Shown here one piece after another: positions 45,501 through 54,229 of a stretch of 64,000 nt of DNA. The number at the start of each line of letters is the position of its first letter. The first letter of the stretch is position 1. The notes beneath the pieces are model-generated. The model did no database searches, had not been told where the DNA came from, and saw nothing but the letters and a program-made list of their open reading frames with translations. The position numbers were made by a program, and so were the translations under genes. The DNA comes from Lentisphaeria bacterium. Its GTDB lineage: Bacteria > Verrucomicrobiota > Lentisphaeria > Victivallales > Victivallaceae. Location: positions 7,120-71,119 of the forward strand of contig JAFTIE010000113.1 of NCBI GenBank assembly GCA_017457065.1. The letters are read 5' to 3'.

Positions 45501-48166
45501 CGACAGATTCACAGAGAAGTTCAGTATCAGCGGGTTCATCCGTATCGGCGGGTTCATCCGTATCGGCGGGTTCATCCGTATCGTCGACCGGTGCCCAGAG
45601 GCGCATGGTCCGGTACATACTGCCTGCCAACGCCATGATCGGTCCCTACAGGATCGAAAAGGCTCTCGGCCGCGGCGGTATGGGGGAGGTGTATCTTGCC
45701 CGGCACGTTAAACTGAATATCTTCAGAGCTATAAAAATATTGCTGCCTTCCATCGCAGAAAAAGATCATATCTACGCAGAGCGCTTTATGAATGAAGCAC
45801 GGCTCGCCATCGACATGCGGCACCAGAATATCATCAACGTCATGGATGCCAATTACGATGAGAGATACGGCGTGTATTATATCGTGATGGAATATGTGGA
45901 TGGCGCTTCGATCCGTAAGATCATCAAGGCAAGAGGGCGTTTTGACGAACAGACGGCTTTGAAGATCGTGCTCAAAGTGGCAGAAGCGCTTCTTGCGGCA
46001 GAGAAAATGAAGATCGTCCACCGGGATATCAAACCTGACAACATTATGATGACCTCGGACGGTGAGGTCAAACTTGCGGATCTCGGTATTGCAAAGTCCG
46101 GTTCGGAAAATGTGGAACTGACCAATCCCCAGACCATGCTGGGGACCATTGCATATATCTCTCCGGAACAGGCGACTGATGCACAGTCCGTTGACAGCCG
46201 TGCAGATATTTATTCTCTCGGCGTGACCTTGTATGAAATGCTGGCTGCCGAAAAACCCTACACGGGAACTCAGGTCGAAATATTGCAGCAGGTCTTCAAT
46301 GCCCCGGTCCCCAATATCCAGGCAAAGGTCCCTGCGGTCAGCGTCCTTACTGCCAAACTGCTCAAAAAGATGATGGCAAAAGATCCGGCGGACCGTCCGC
46401 GGAACTTTGAAACACTTTGCCGGCTGCTCAGCAAACTGATCGTTGATAAAGATCCGGAGAGTCAGGAGTATCTGCAGCAGGTACAGGAGATGTACGATCA
46501 GCAGAAGAAACTCCGGGAAGAGAAAAAACGGATCTTGGAAGAAAGACGCCGGTTGTCGGAAGAACAGAGCCTGATCGAGGCGGCAAAGAAAAAAATATCC
46601 ACCCACGACAGAAAGTTCTCTGAAGAAAGAGTGCGCCTTTCTGAAGAACAGAGTATGATCGAAGAGGAAAAAAAGAAGATTTCCGACCATCAGAAACTTT
46701 TTTCCGCAGAACGCCGCCGGATCGAAGAGGAACGCAAACAAATCGAAGATGAACGCAGACGCATGGTCGAACAGCAGAAAAAGATTTCTGAAAAAGAACA
46801 GAAGATCTCCGCCGAAGGTTTGCGTCTGGCAGAAGAACGCCGCCGGAAGAGAATGGAAAAAATCAAGATCGTGCTGAACAGGGTATATTGCCGGATGTCC
46901 GGAGATGCGGCGAAAAAAGTCTATAAAGTATCTGCCGTTTTCTGTCTGGTACTCAGCATGGTCTTTCTGGGCTTTTATTTCTACCAGACAGGCACCATCA
47001 CCAAATCGACCGTCGATGAAGTCATAGAATGGATAAGAGATACACTGACCCCTGAGGAAATGAGAAAAAAGCCCTCAGATCACTCCGTTTTTGTCCACGA
47101 AAAGGGCGTGGTGACACTGGTTCCCCTGGCAAATCAGAGAACCCTTGACTGGCTGGCGCAGAACAATGAGATAAAGATCAGAGGAAAAAAAATCGGAACT
47201 GTTGTTTCACGTTTACCCGGCAAGATCTCTCTGCCGGCGGGGGATTACAATGTCTCTGTCGATATCCCCGGATGTAAAACTTTCAATACTCGATTCTCTC
47301 TGGACAGTGAAGGGGAAACGAGGATCAGGATCCCGGTCATCCCTTCAAACGGAAAAGTCTCCATCAGCTGCAATGTCAGGAAGTTCGAGATCCTGCACCG
47401 GGGCAGGTGGATCGCCGCAAAGAGCGTTGAGATCCCTGCATTTGTTCCCTATGACCTCATCGTCCGTGCCGAAGGTCACAGAGGGTCCGTTTGTAAAAAC
47501 ATTGTGCTGTCTCCCGGAAAGAGTGAGGATATCTCTGTCATACTGGAGCGGATGAATACCGATTTGAACTCCTGCAGATCCGGCAATATGGCAGAGGCGA
47601 TCACAGCTTTCAATGAGAAATCCAACAAAGGTTACACCAGAGCCTTGAAAATTTTCAAACAGGAGCGGGAAAAAGGCAATCCCGTTGCCGCCTATTACCT
47701 CGGCATGATGTATGAACGGGGACTGGGAATGATGTTCGGATGGTCCAATCCCAAAGAGGCGGCAAAGTGCTACAAGTTTGCCGTGCAGCATGATGTTCCT
47801 GAGGCTTTGCACAGGATGGGGACCAATTATGAAAGAGACGGCGCCTTTGAAGAGGCATTCAAATCCTTTATGAGCGGGGTGGAACTGGGACATCTCCCCT
47901 GTTTCAGAAAGGTTGGTGAATACTATTTCAACGGTACCGGCAGTACCGGTAAAAATCTGACCCTTGCTTCTCATTATCTGCTGCTGCCGGCAAATAATGC
48001 AGATGCTGAAGCTCAACTTATGCTGGGAAAAATTTACGAATCCGATGAGTTGACCCTGCACGATCTGCAGCAGGCAAAACATTGGTATGAAGAGGCGGCG
48101 AAAAACGGCAGCGAAAATGCAAAGATTTTTTTGGAACAGGTACAAAGAACTATGGAGATCTTATAA
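45497..48166 (+). CDS. Hanks-type Ser/Thr protein kinase with coiled-coil, one TM, beta-sandwich region and C-terminal Sel1 repeats
   Basis: Kinase motifs are GRGGMGEVY, RAIK, HRDIKPDNIMM, DLGIAK and ISPEQ. A charged repeat/coiled-coil spans ~46500-46860. The TM is VSAVFCLVLSMVFLGFYFY. Sel1-like units include AAYYLGMMYERGLG, ALHRMGTNYERDG and AQLMLGKIYE. Confidence 0.85.
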   Translation: MTTDSQRSSVSAGSSVSAGSSVSAGSSVSSTGAQRRMVRYILPANAMIGPYRIEKALGRGGMGEVYLARHVKLNIFRAIKILLPSIAEKDHIYAERFMNEARLAIDMRHQNIINVMDANYDERYGVYYIVMEYVDGASIRKIIKARGRFDEQTALKIVLKVAEALLAAEKMKIVHRDIKPDNIMMTSDGEVKLADLGIAKSGSENVELTNPQTMLGTIAYISPEQATDAQSVDSRADIYSLGVTLYEMLAAEKPYTGTQVEILQQVFNAPVPNIQAKVPAVSVLTAKLLKKMMAKDPADRPRNFETLCRLLSKLIVDKDPESQEYLQQVQEMYDQQKKLREEKKRILEERRRLSEEQSLIEAAKKKISTHDRKFSEERVRLSEEQSMIEEEKKKISDHQKLFSAERRRIEEERKQIEDERRRMVEQQKKISEKEQKISAEGLRLAEERRRKRMEKIKIVLNRVYCRMSGDAAKKVYKVSAVFCLVLSMVFLGFYFYQTGTITKSTVDEVIEWIRDTLTPEEMRKKPSDHSVFVHEKGVVTLVPLANQRTLDWLAQNNEIKIRGKKIGTVVSRLPGKISLPAGDYNVSVDIPGCKTFNTRFSLDSEGETRIRIPVIPSNGKVSISCNVRKFEILHRGRWIAAKSVEIPAFVPYDLIVRAEGHRGSVCKNIVLSPGKSEDISVILERMNTDLNSCRSGNMAEAITAFNEKSNKGYTRALKIFKQEREKGNPVAAYYLGMMYERGLGMMFGWSNPKEAAKCYKFAVQHDVPEALHRMGTNYERDGAFEEAFKSFMSGVELGHLPCFRKVGEYYFNGTGSTGKNLTLASHYLLLPANNADAEAQLMLGKIYESDELTLHDLQQAKHWYEEAAKNGSENAKIFLEQVQRTMEIL
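45521..45586 (+). repeat. 18-bp in-frame tandem repeat (about 3.6 copies) at the 5' end of the kinase gene
   Basis: The unit is tccgtatcggcgggttca. The copies run 45521-38 (degenerate), 45539-56, 45557-74 and a partial copy at 45575-86. They encode (S)SVSAG x3. Confidence 0.9.
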
Positions 48167-48334
48167 AAATGAAACCGATACCCGGTATCAACAAAACAAC
48201 AAGGAGGTACGATCTGCAGAAAAGTACGAATACATCAGTGCCCTTTCCGGAAGGGAATATCCGGAAAAGTTGTTGTTTCCCAGGGAAACAGACCGTAAAC
48301 ACAGAAAGAACTCTTTCAGGAGCGATGTGTTGAA

Positions 48335-49108
48335 ATGAATAAAAATATGATTCCTTTGATCCTTGCTGTAATACTCGGACTGGCTGCAGTATACGCTGTC
48401 AACCGTCTGGTCTTGCAGAAAAAAGCTCTGGCGGAAGAAGAAATGGTCGAAGTCGTCGCTGCGGCAAGAAATCTTGCTCCGGGGGATATATTGACAGAAG
48501 GCTCTTTTACCAAAAAGAAAATTCCCCAGACAGCCCGTCCCACCAAGGCGATCTTGTGGTCCCAGACAGCCGTCATCAAGGACCGCAAACTGAACATGCC
48601 TGTTGCCGAAGGTGACTACATTCTTCTTGATGAGGTCAACAGCGGCCGCGGTTTGAGCGATATCATCGGCGAAGGGGAATGGGCGATCTCTGTCAGTTTC
48701 TCTGCGGGAGCTGTGACCAAATCACTCCGTCCCGGCGATGAGATCGCAATTCTGGGGACCTTCAATGCTGAAGCTGTAAAGAAGGCCGCCGTCGCCGGAC
48801 AGAAACCGACAGTGGTGCATCGCAAAGTCACCACAGTGATCCTGCCCAAAGTCCGTATCCTCAGTCTGGCAGATAATAAGCGGCAGGGAGGCGATGAAGT
48901 GGTACTGGCATTGCCGCCGACTCAGGCGAACACACTTCTTGCCGCTCAGGCGCAAGGTGTTGAATTGTACCCTGCACTGCGTAAATCTCATGATGATTCC
49001 AATCTTAACCGCTTGGATACAGGGGTCGTCAGCAGCAAAACCTTCAGCAAACTTGTTGAAGGTGTCAATGATGTTGAGATCCCCCATGTTCCGAGCAAAA
49101 CAAAATAA
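48335..49108 (+). CDS. cpaB: Flp pilus assembly protein CpaB/RcpC (paralog 2)
   Basis: The N-terminal TM is IPLILAVILGLAAVYAV and the SAF-like motif is VEVVAAARNLAPGDILTEGSF. It lies directly upstream of the secretin, as in canonical cpaB-cpaC. Confidence 0.8.
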   Translation: MNKNMIPLILAVILGLAAVYAVNRLVLQKKALAEEEMVEVVAAARNLAPGDILTEGSFTKKKIPQTARPTKAILWSQTAVIKDRKLNMPVAEGDYILLDEVNSGRGLSDIIGEGEWAISVSFSAGAVTKSLRPGDEIAILGTFNAEAVKKAAVAGQKPTVVHRKVTTVILPKVRILSLADNKRQGGDEVVLALPPTQANTLLAAQAQGVELYPALRKSHDDSNLNRLDTGVVSSKTFSKLVEGVNDVEIPHVPSKTK

Positions 49109-49128
49109 CAAAGAAAGAGAAAGAAAAA

Positions 49129-50697
49129 ATGAAAAAAATCTTTTCGTTGCTGGCTGTTCTTGGTACAGTTCTGTCCCTTTCAGCCGCAGAAGCAAAACTG
49201 CTCAGGATCCCTGTAGGATCTTTGAGCGTGGTCGATGTTCCTTTCAAAGTTGAAAATGTCAGTATCAGCAACAAGGAGATCGTCCGGGTCGAAACTCTCA
49301 GTGACCGTCAGGTCCGTATCAACGGATTGAAAATCGGTGTGACCGACGTGCAGCTCCTGGGCAGCAATATGTCACAGGTTTACAGTGTCACTGTGATCAA
49401 TGACATCCGCGAGACCTTCAACGCTTTGAAACGTGACTTGAGCGACGTTTCTGAAATCGACCTCACCATCAACAATGGACGTATCGTTCTGCGCGGCGAG
49501 ATCAACAATATTTCCAACTGGATCCTGAAACGCAAGGTCACTGCTGTCTACGGTTCAGTGATCCTCGACCTGACCACTTATCATCCGACTCCTGAGGTCA
49601 TGCTCAGTTTGCAGAAAAACTTTGAAAAAGCCGGATTCAAGATCGTCCGTAAAGATGCGGCGACCAAACCCGGTGAACTGGCGATCACCCAGATCGGTGA
49701 AATGCTGACCGTTACAGGTTCGGTTTACAATCCTGCGGATCTGAAAACCATTGACAGCATTCTGCGTGCTCAGCCCTGGTTGACTTTGAACACCTCTGCC
49801 ACTTCTACGGATGCGGCATTGGTCAAAGGTTTTGTCAATGTTCAGGTCGTCCCTGAAATGCTCCAGATCGATGTTGTCCATGTGACAGTTGATCGGACTG
49901 ATATGGAAAAAATCGGTATCAACTGGACTGAATTTGTCAACGGCGGATTCGGGCTCAACACGGATTTGCTTTACAAAGTCATCAAAAATTATGGTTCTCC
50001 CACCATTAAAAACAACTCTAAGGCATCTTTCGGAATTGGCAGCAATGGTGAACTCAGTGCCTGGCTGTCATTCTTTGGTAGCAATGGCATCAACCGTACC
50101 CGCCGGGCTGGTTTCTTGACCTTCAAAAGCAATGATACGCCTGAATTCAGAAAATTGCACAGCGGCGGTACTCTTTATCTTTCCCCCGGAGCTAATCCCG
50201 GTGGCAGTGTTGAATTGAAAGATATTGACTACGGTTTGATTCTTCAGGTCAAAGGAGGTTTGAGCGGAGCTGATAATGTTGCTATCGAATTGAAACAGGA
50301 AATCAGTTATCCGGGCCCCAAAGGTTTATATGCACAGGCTGCAGAAATTGATGTCAAGAAATTCACTAATACCACCTCTGTGGTTTGCAAACTTGGTGAA
50401 ACTGTTGCCATTGGTGGCTTGAAAGAGTTTATACAGGAAGGAACTGATTCCGCTGGAATTCCATATTTGCGCAACATTCCTGGCTTGAAATGGCTTTTTG
50501 CAGAAGATTCAGATACATTTACCGAAAGCCAAGTACTGACTTTGATTTGTGTGCGTAAAATGGCAAAATCTTCTGCCATCGATCCCGTTGCTGTTGAACT
50601 GGATAAAATGAAAAAAGCAGAAGACAGACAGATCAAAGAGCGCGAAGCCAATAAGCATAAGAACGATGGCAAATGGTACGAATTCTGGAGATGGTGA
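49129..50697 (+). CDS. cpaC: CpaC/RcpA secretin
   Basis: It has a signal peptide and a pilus-formation N-terminal domain (LRIPVGSLSVVDVPFKVENVSISNKEIVRVE). A BON-like segment follows. The C-terminal secretin motifs are VAIGGL and GIPYLRNIPGLKWLF. Confidence 0.85.
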   Translation: MKKIFSLLAVLGTVLSLSAAEAKLLRIPVGSLSVVDVPFKVENVSISNKEIVRVETLSDRQVRINGLKIGVTDVQLLGSNMSQVYSVTVINDIRETFNALKRDLSDVSEIDLTINNGRIVLRGEINNISNWILKRKVTAVYGSVILDLTTYHPTPEVMLSLQKNFEKAGFKIVRKDAATKPGELAITQIGEMLTVTGSVYNPADLKTIDSILRAQPWLTLNTSATSTDAALVKGFVNVQVVPEMLQIDVVHVTVDRTDMEKIGINWTEFVNGGFGLNTDLLYKVIKNYGSPTIKNNSKASFGIGSNGELSAWLSFFGSNGINRTRRAGFLTFKSNDTPEFRKLHSGGTLYLSPGANPGGSVELKDIDYGLILQVKGGLSGADNVAIELKQEISYPGPKGLYAQAAEIDVKKFTNTTSVVCKLGETVAIGGLKEFIQEGTDSAGIPYLRNIPGLKWLFAEDSDTFTESQVLTLICVRKMAKSSAIDPVAVELDKMKKAEDRQIKEREANKHKNDGKWYEFWRW

Positions 50698-50726
50698 TTT
50701 AACCATTTGCGATCAAGGAGTGTCTT

Positions 50727-52436
50727 ATGTATCTCATCATCAAAGGTAGAAGCGAAAGTTTCAGAAGTGTTTCTCTGGACGGAGAAAAGTCAAATTGGCT
50801 GATCGGCAGAGATCCCGGTTGCGACATCGTGTTGAAAGCCAGTCAGATCTCACGGCGTCATGCTGTGATCTCTCTGGAAGACGGCGAGTTTTTCATCCGG
50901 GACTGTAACAGTTCTCTCGGCGTTTTTGTCAATGAAACCCAAATAAGTGAAAAGACAAAAATTGCTGTCGGCAGTCTTATCCGTCTTTGTTCCTATGAGC
51001 TTTTGCTCTCCTTTGAAGATGTGGAAGATGATGAAGAAGCCCCGGATGAATCTGAACAGACGATAATGATATCAGATGTTCAGAAGTTCCGGGGAGCCTT
51101 CTTCAATCAGGGGAAATTCCAAAGTGAATACAAATCAGTCAACCTGCTCTATACTGACGAGATGATGCGGCTGAAAAAACGTATCCATGAAAAGATTTTA
51201 AGCGAAATGAACCTGCCTGCGATCCATGTCCGGGATCTGGCGAAATCTGAGACCCGGACCCGGTTGGATCGGGTCCTTACCCGGGTCATGCGCGAGTTCT
51301 GGCACGAGATCCCCCGGAACATCTCTCCGGAAATATTCAAGGAAGGGATCGTCGATGAGTTGATAAACTACGGTCCCATCTCCCCCTTGCTGCGGGCTGA
51401 TGACATTACCGAAGTAATGATCAATGGTCCGGATCTGATTTTTGTTGAACACCAGGGGAAACTGTTTGAAACAGGGATCCGTTTCTTCAATGAGCAACAC
51501 CTTTTGTCGGTTATTCAGAGGATCGTTGAACCTCTGGGCAGACACATTGATGAAGCAAGTCCCATGGTGGACGCCCGTCTGCCGGATGGTTCCCGTGTGA
51601 ATGCCATCATTCCGCCATTGGCCATTGACGGAGCTCTGGTCACGATCCGTAAATTTGCCAAAAACAAATTGACAACAGAGGATCTGATCGATTACGGCTC
51701 TTTGACAGAAGAAATGGCGCAATTTCTGTCGCTGGCGGTGAAATATAAGCAGAATATCATCATTTCCGGAGGTACCGGTTCCGGAAAAACCACTTTGCTG
51801 AACGTGCTGAGCCAGTTCATCCCTCTGGATGAACGTCTGGTCACCATTGAAGACTCAGCCGAATTGAAATTGACTCACCGCAACCTTGCACGCCTTGAGG
51901 CGAGAACTGCCAATATTGAAGGAAAAGGCAGGATCTCCATCAGAGATCTTCTGGTCAATGCCCTGCGCATGAGACCTGACCGGATCATCATCGGTGAGTG
52001 CCGTTCCGGGGAGGCTCTGGATATGCTGCAGGCAATGAATACCGGACACGACGGCGCACTGACAACAGTCCACGCAAACAGTCCCCGCGACTCATTGAGC
52101 CGTCTGGAAAATATGGTCCTCATGGCAGGAGTCGATCTGCCTGTATCCTCTATCCGGGAGCAGGTCGCCTCAGCCATCAACTTTGTGGTCCAGCAGAGCC
52201 GCATTGGTGACGGTTCAAGAAAAATCACCCAAATCACCGAAATCACAGGTCGTGAAGGCAACACGATACTGATGCAGGATATTTTTGTCTGGAAACAGGA
52301 AGGAATAGATGAGAACGGGAAGTTTTACGGACACTTTGAAGCTACCGGACATATTCCCAAATTTGTTTCTCTTCTGCGGGAGCGGGGAGTCCTGGATCTG
52401 GATATGAGCCTCTTTGCCAAGGGAACAGAAATATGA
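50727..52436 (+). CDS. cpaF: CpaF/TadA secretion ATPase with an N-terminal FHA domain (fusion)
   Basis: The FHA is WLIGRDPGCDIVLKASQISRRHAVISLEDGEFFIRDCNSSLGVFVNE. An acidic linker (EDVEDDEEAPDESE) follows. Then comes the T2SSE core: GGTGSGKTTLLN (Walker A), RPDRIIIGECR (Walker B) and NTGHDGALTTVHANS. Confidence 0.9.
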   Translation: MYLIIKGRSESFRSVSLDGEKSNWLIGRDPGCDIVLKASQISRRHAVISLEDGEFFIRDCNSSLGVFVNETQISEKTKIAVGSLIRLCSYELLLSFEDVEDDEEAPDESEQTIMISDVQKFRGAFFNQGKFQSEYKSVNLLYTDEMMRLKKRIHEKILSEMNLPAIHVRDLAKSETRTRLDRVLTRVMREFWHEIPRNISPEIFKEGIVDELINYGPISPLLRADDITEVMINGPDLIFVEHQGKLFETGIRFFNEQHLLSVIQRIVEPLGRHIDEASPMVDARLPDGSRVNAIIPPLAIDGALVTIRKFAKNKLTTEDLIDYGSLTEEMAQFLSLAVKYKQNIIISGGTGSGKTTLLNVLSQFIPLDERLVTIEDSAELKLTHRNLARLEARTANIEGKGRISIRDLLVNALRMRPDRIIIGECRSGEALDMLQAMNTGHDGALTTVHANSPRDSLSRLENMVLMAGVDLPVSSIREQVASAINFVVQQSRIGDGSRKITQITEITGREGNTILMQDIFVWKQEGIDENGKFYGHFEATGHIPKFVSLLRERGVLDLDMSLFAKGTEI

Positions 52437-53296
52437 CAAGCCAATATTTAGCTTTAGGAACCGTTTTCTTTGCCGTATTTATCGGCACACTGGTTTTGAC
52501 ACCGTTGTTCTCTGCTCACTCATCATATCTGGCAACTCTGAACAACTCTTCTTCCTATGATGACAAGCAGATCCTGGTGAAAAAACGTAATGTTCAAGTG
52601 GGACTTTCACTGGGCATCTGTATCTGTGCACTGGTGGTCGCCGCCGGGTGGTGCATGAAGTTTGCCTGGTATATATATTTGCCCATCGCATTGCTGCTCG
52701 GCGCTGTGATGTGCTGGCTCCCCTTTGTGATAAGCCGGAAGGTCGCCCTCAGAAGATTGCGGGCGTTTGACGACGGGATGCTCGATTTTACCGTTATGAT
52801 CCTGAACAGCTTGAAAGCAGGTCTTTCCCTTACAGGAGCCATTGAAGCCGCACTTGAAAATGCCTCAGGAGCTGTTTATGATGAATTTGCACTCATGCTG
52901 AAAGAACATCATCTCGGTCTGGAATTGCCCCGTGCACTCAGTAATATGTCTCAGCGCAATGACAGTGAAAATTTACAACTGTTTGTTCTTACCGTTTCAG
53001 TATGTATGAAAACCGGCGGCAGTATGGTGGAGGTCCTGGACCATGTCGTTTCCACCATCCGGCAGAGAGGAGAATTTCAGGATAAGGTCAAAACCATGGT
53101 CGCCCAGTCAAAATTTGAGGCTCTGGCAATATCCATGTCTCCCTTTGCCGCACTGATCATTCTCTGTATTTTCAAACCTTCTTTTGTCAAACCTCTGCTC
53201 GTTCACCCCATCGGATGGTGTGCCATGGCATTTGTCTGCATCTGGGAAATCATCGGTTTTATCATAATCAAACGGGTCGTGACCGTCAAATTCTAA
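52433..53296 (+). CDS. tadB: TadB-like inner-membrane platform protein (T2SS F domain)
   Basis: 287 aa. It has N-terminal TMs, a cytoplasmic helical domain (MILNSLKAGLSLTGAIEAA...LPRAL) and C-terminal TMs. It has a 4-nt overlap with cpaF. Confidence 0.75.
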   Translation: MTSQYLALGTVFFAVFIGTLVLTPLFSAHSSYLATLNNSSSYDDKQILVKKRNVQVGLSLGICICALVVAAGWCMKFAWYIYLPIALLLGAVMCWLPFVISRKVALRRLRAFDDGMLDFTVMILNSLKAGLSLTGAIEAALENASGAVYDEFALMLKEHHLGLELPRALSNMSQRNDSENLQLFVLTVSVCMKTGGSMVEVLDHVVSTIRQRGEFQDKVKTMVAQSKFEALAISMSPFAALIILCIFKPSFVKPLLVHPIGWCAMAFVCIWEIIGFIIIKRVVTVKF

Positions 53297-53308
53297 CGGA
53301 GAAAAAGT

Positions 53309-54205
53309 ATGACAACAGCATATTTGATGACATACGCTCTGATATTCGGAGCTGTATTCAGTCTGATTATTTTTGTCAGCACATTGAGAAAAAACAGAAA
53401 CCTGTCACAGTACAGGAATTTGCCGGTCTACTTCTATATGTTTCAGGGCGCCATTGCCTTTTTTTCCCTGGAAATCGGATCGTTGCTGGTAAAAGGCAAA
53501 AACAAGTCGAAAATGGAAAGTTTACTCAGGCAGTCTGCCCTTGCGCTTCAGGTCCAGGATGTTTACGGCGCTGCGATCGTTATGGCTTTGGTCGGCGGTA
53601 TTGTCGGCGGCGTATTTGTATCCCTGCTGAAGATGCCTTTGCCGCTGAAACTTCTTCTGGTGATCATATTCGCTGTTATCGGCGGGTTCATGCCCTTCGT
53701 CAGTCTCCGGCAGATCTGCCAGAGACGCACCGAAGAAATTTTAAGGGATCTGCCCTTTTTCATAGATATCATTTCCTCCTCCATGAACGCCGGTTTGGAC
53801 TTCAATGCTTCAGTTGCCCATCTTGCTGATATAAAAAGCAAGGAAAACTCCGTATTGAAAGATGAGTTCATGTACTACCTCAAAGAGGTCCAGTTGGGGA
53901 AATCCAGGGCAGAGGCTTTGCGTGCTATGGAAAGAAGGATCTCTGTGAAAGAGTTCAGCCGGTTCATTTATGCCATTCTCCACGGCATAGAAACCGGCGT
54001 TTCGATCGTCGAAGTAATGAAGGTACAATCTGTGGAGCTCCGCCGGTCCCGTGCTTCTTCCGCCGAACAGAAGGCGGCAGAGGCTCCTGCCAAGATGATC
54101 CTTCCCATGGTCGTTTTCATTTTTCCTTCCATGTTCATCATTATTTTTACCCCTATCCTGATAAGGATGAAAGATTCTCCTCTCTTTTCATTTCTTAAAT
54201 GGTAA
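53309..54205 (+). CDS. tadC: TadC-like inner-membrane platform protein (T2SS F domain)
   Basis: 298 aa with DLPFFIDIISSSMNAGLDFNASVAHL, RAEALRAMERR and C-terminal TMs. Confidence 0.75.
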   Translation: MTTAYLMTYALIFGAVFSLIIFVSTLRKNRNLSQYRNLPVYFYMFQGAIAFFSLEIGSLLVKGKNKSKMESLLRQSALALQVQDVYGAAIVMALVGGIVGGVFVSLLKMPLPLKLLLVIIFAVIGGFMPFVSLRQICQRRTEEILRDLPFFIDIISSSMNAGLDFNASVAHLADIKSKENSVLKDEFMYYLKEVQLGKSRAEALRAMERRISVKEFSRFIYAILHGIETGVSIVEVMKVQSVELRRSRASSAEQKAAEAPAKMILPMVVFIFPSMFIIIFTPILIRMKDSPLFSFLKW

Positions 54206-54229
54206 ATCCACCCCGGGAGTCACATCAGT

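Noticed and set aside
45572-46741. A 389-aa ORF antisense to the first kinase, and a 382-aa ORF (60839-61987) antisense to the second.
   Set aside because: Both mirror the kinase catalytic domains, where all Hanks motifs read cleanly on the plus strand. The antisense products have no recognisable features.
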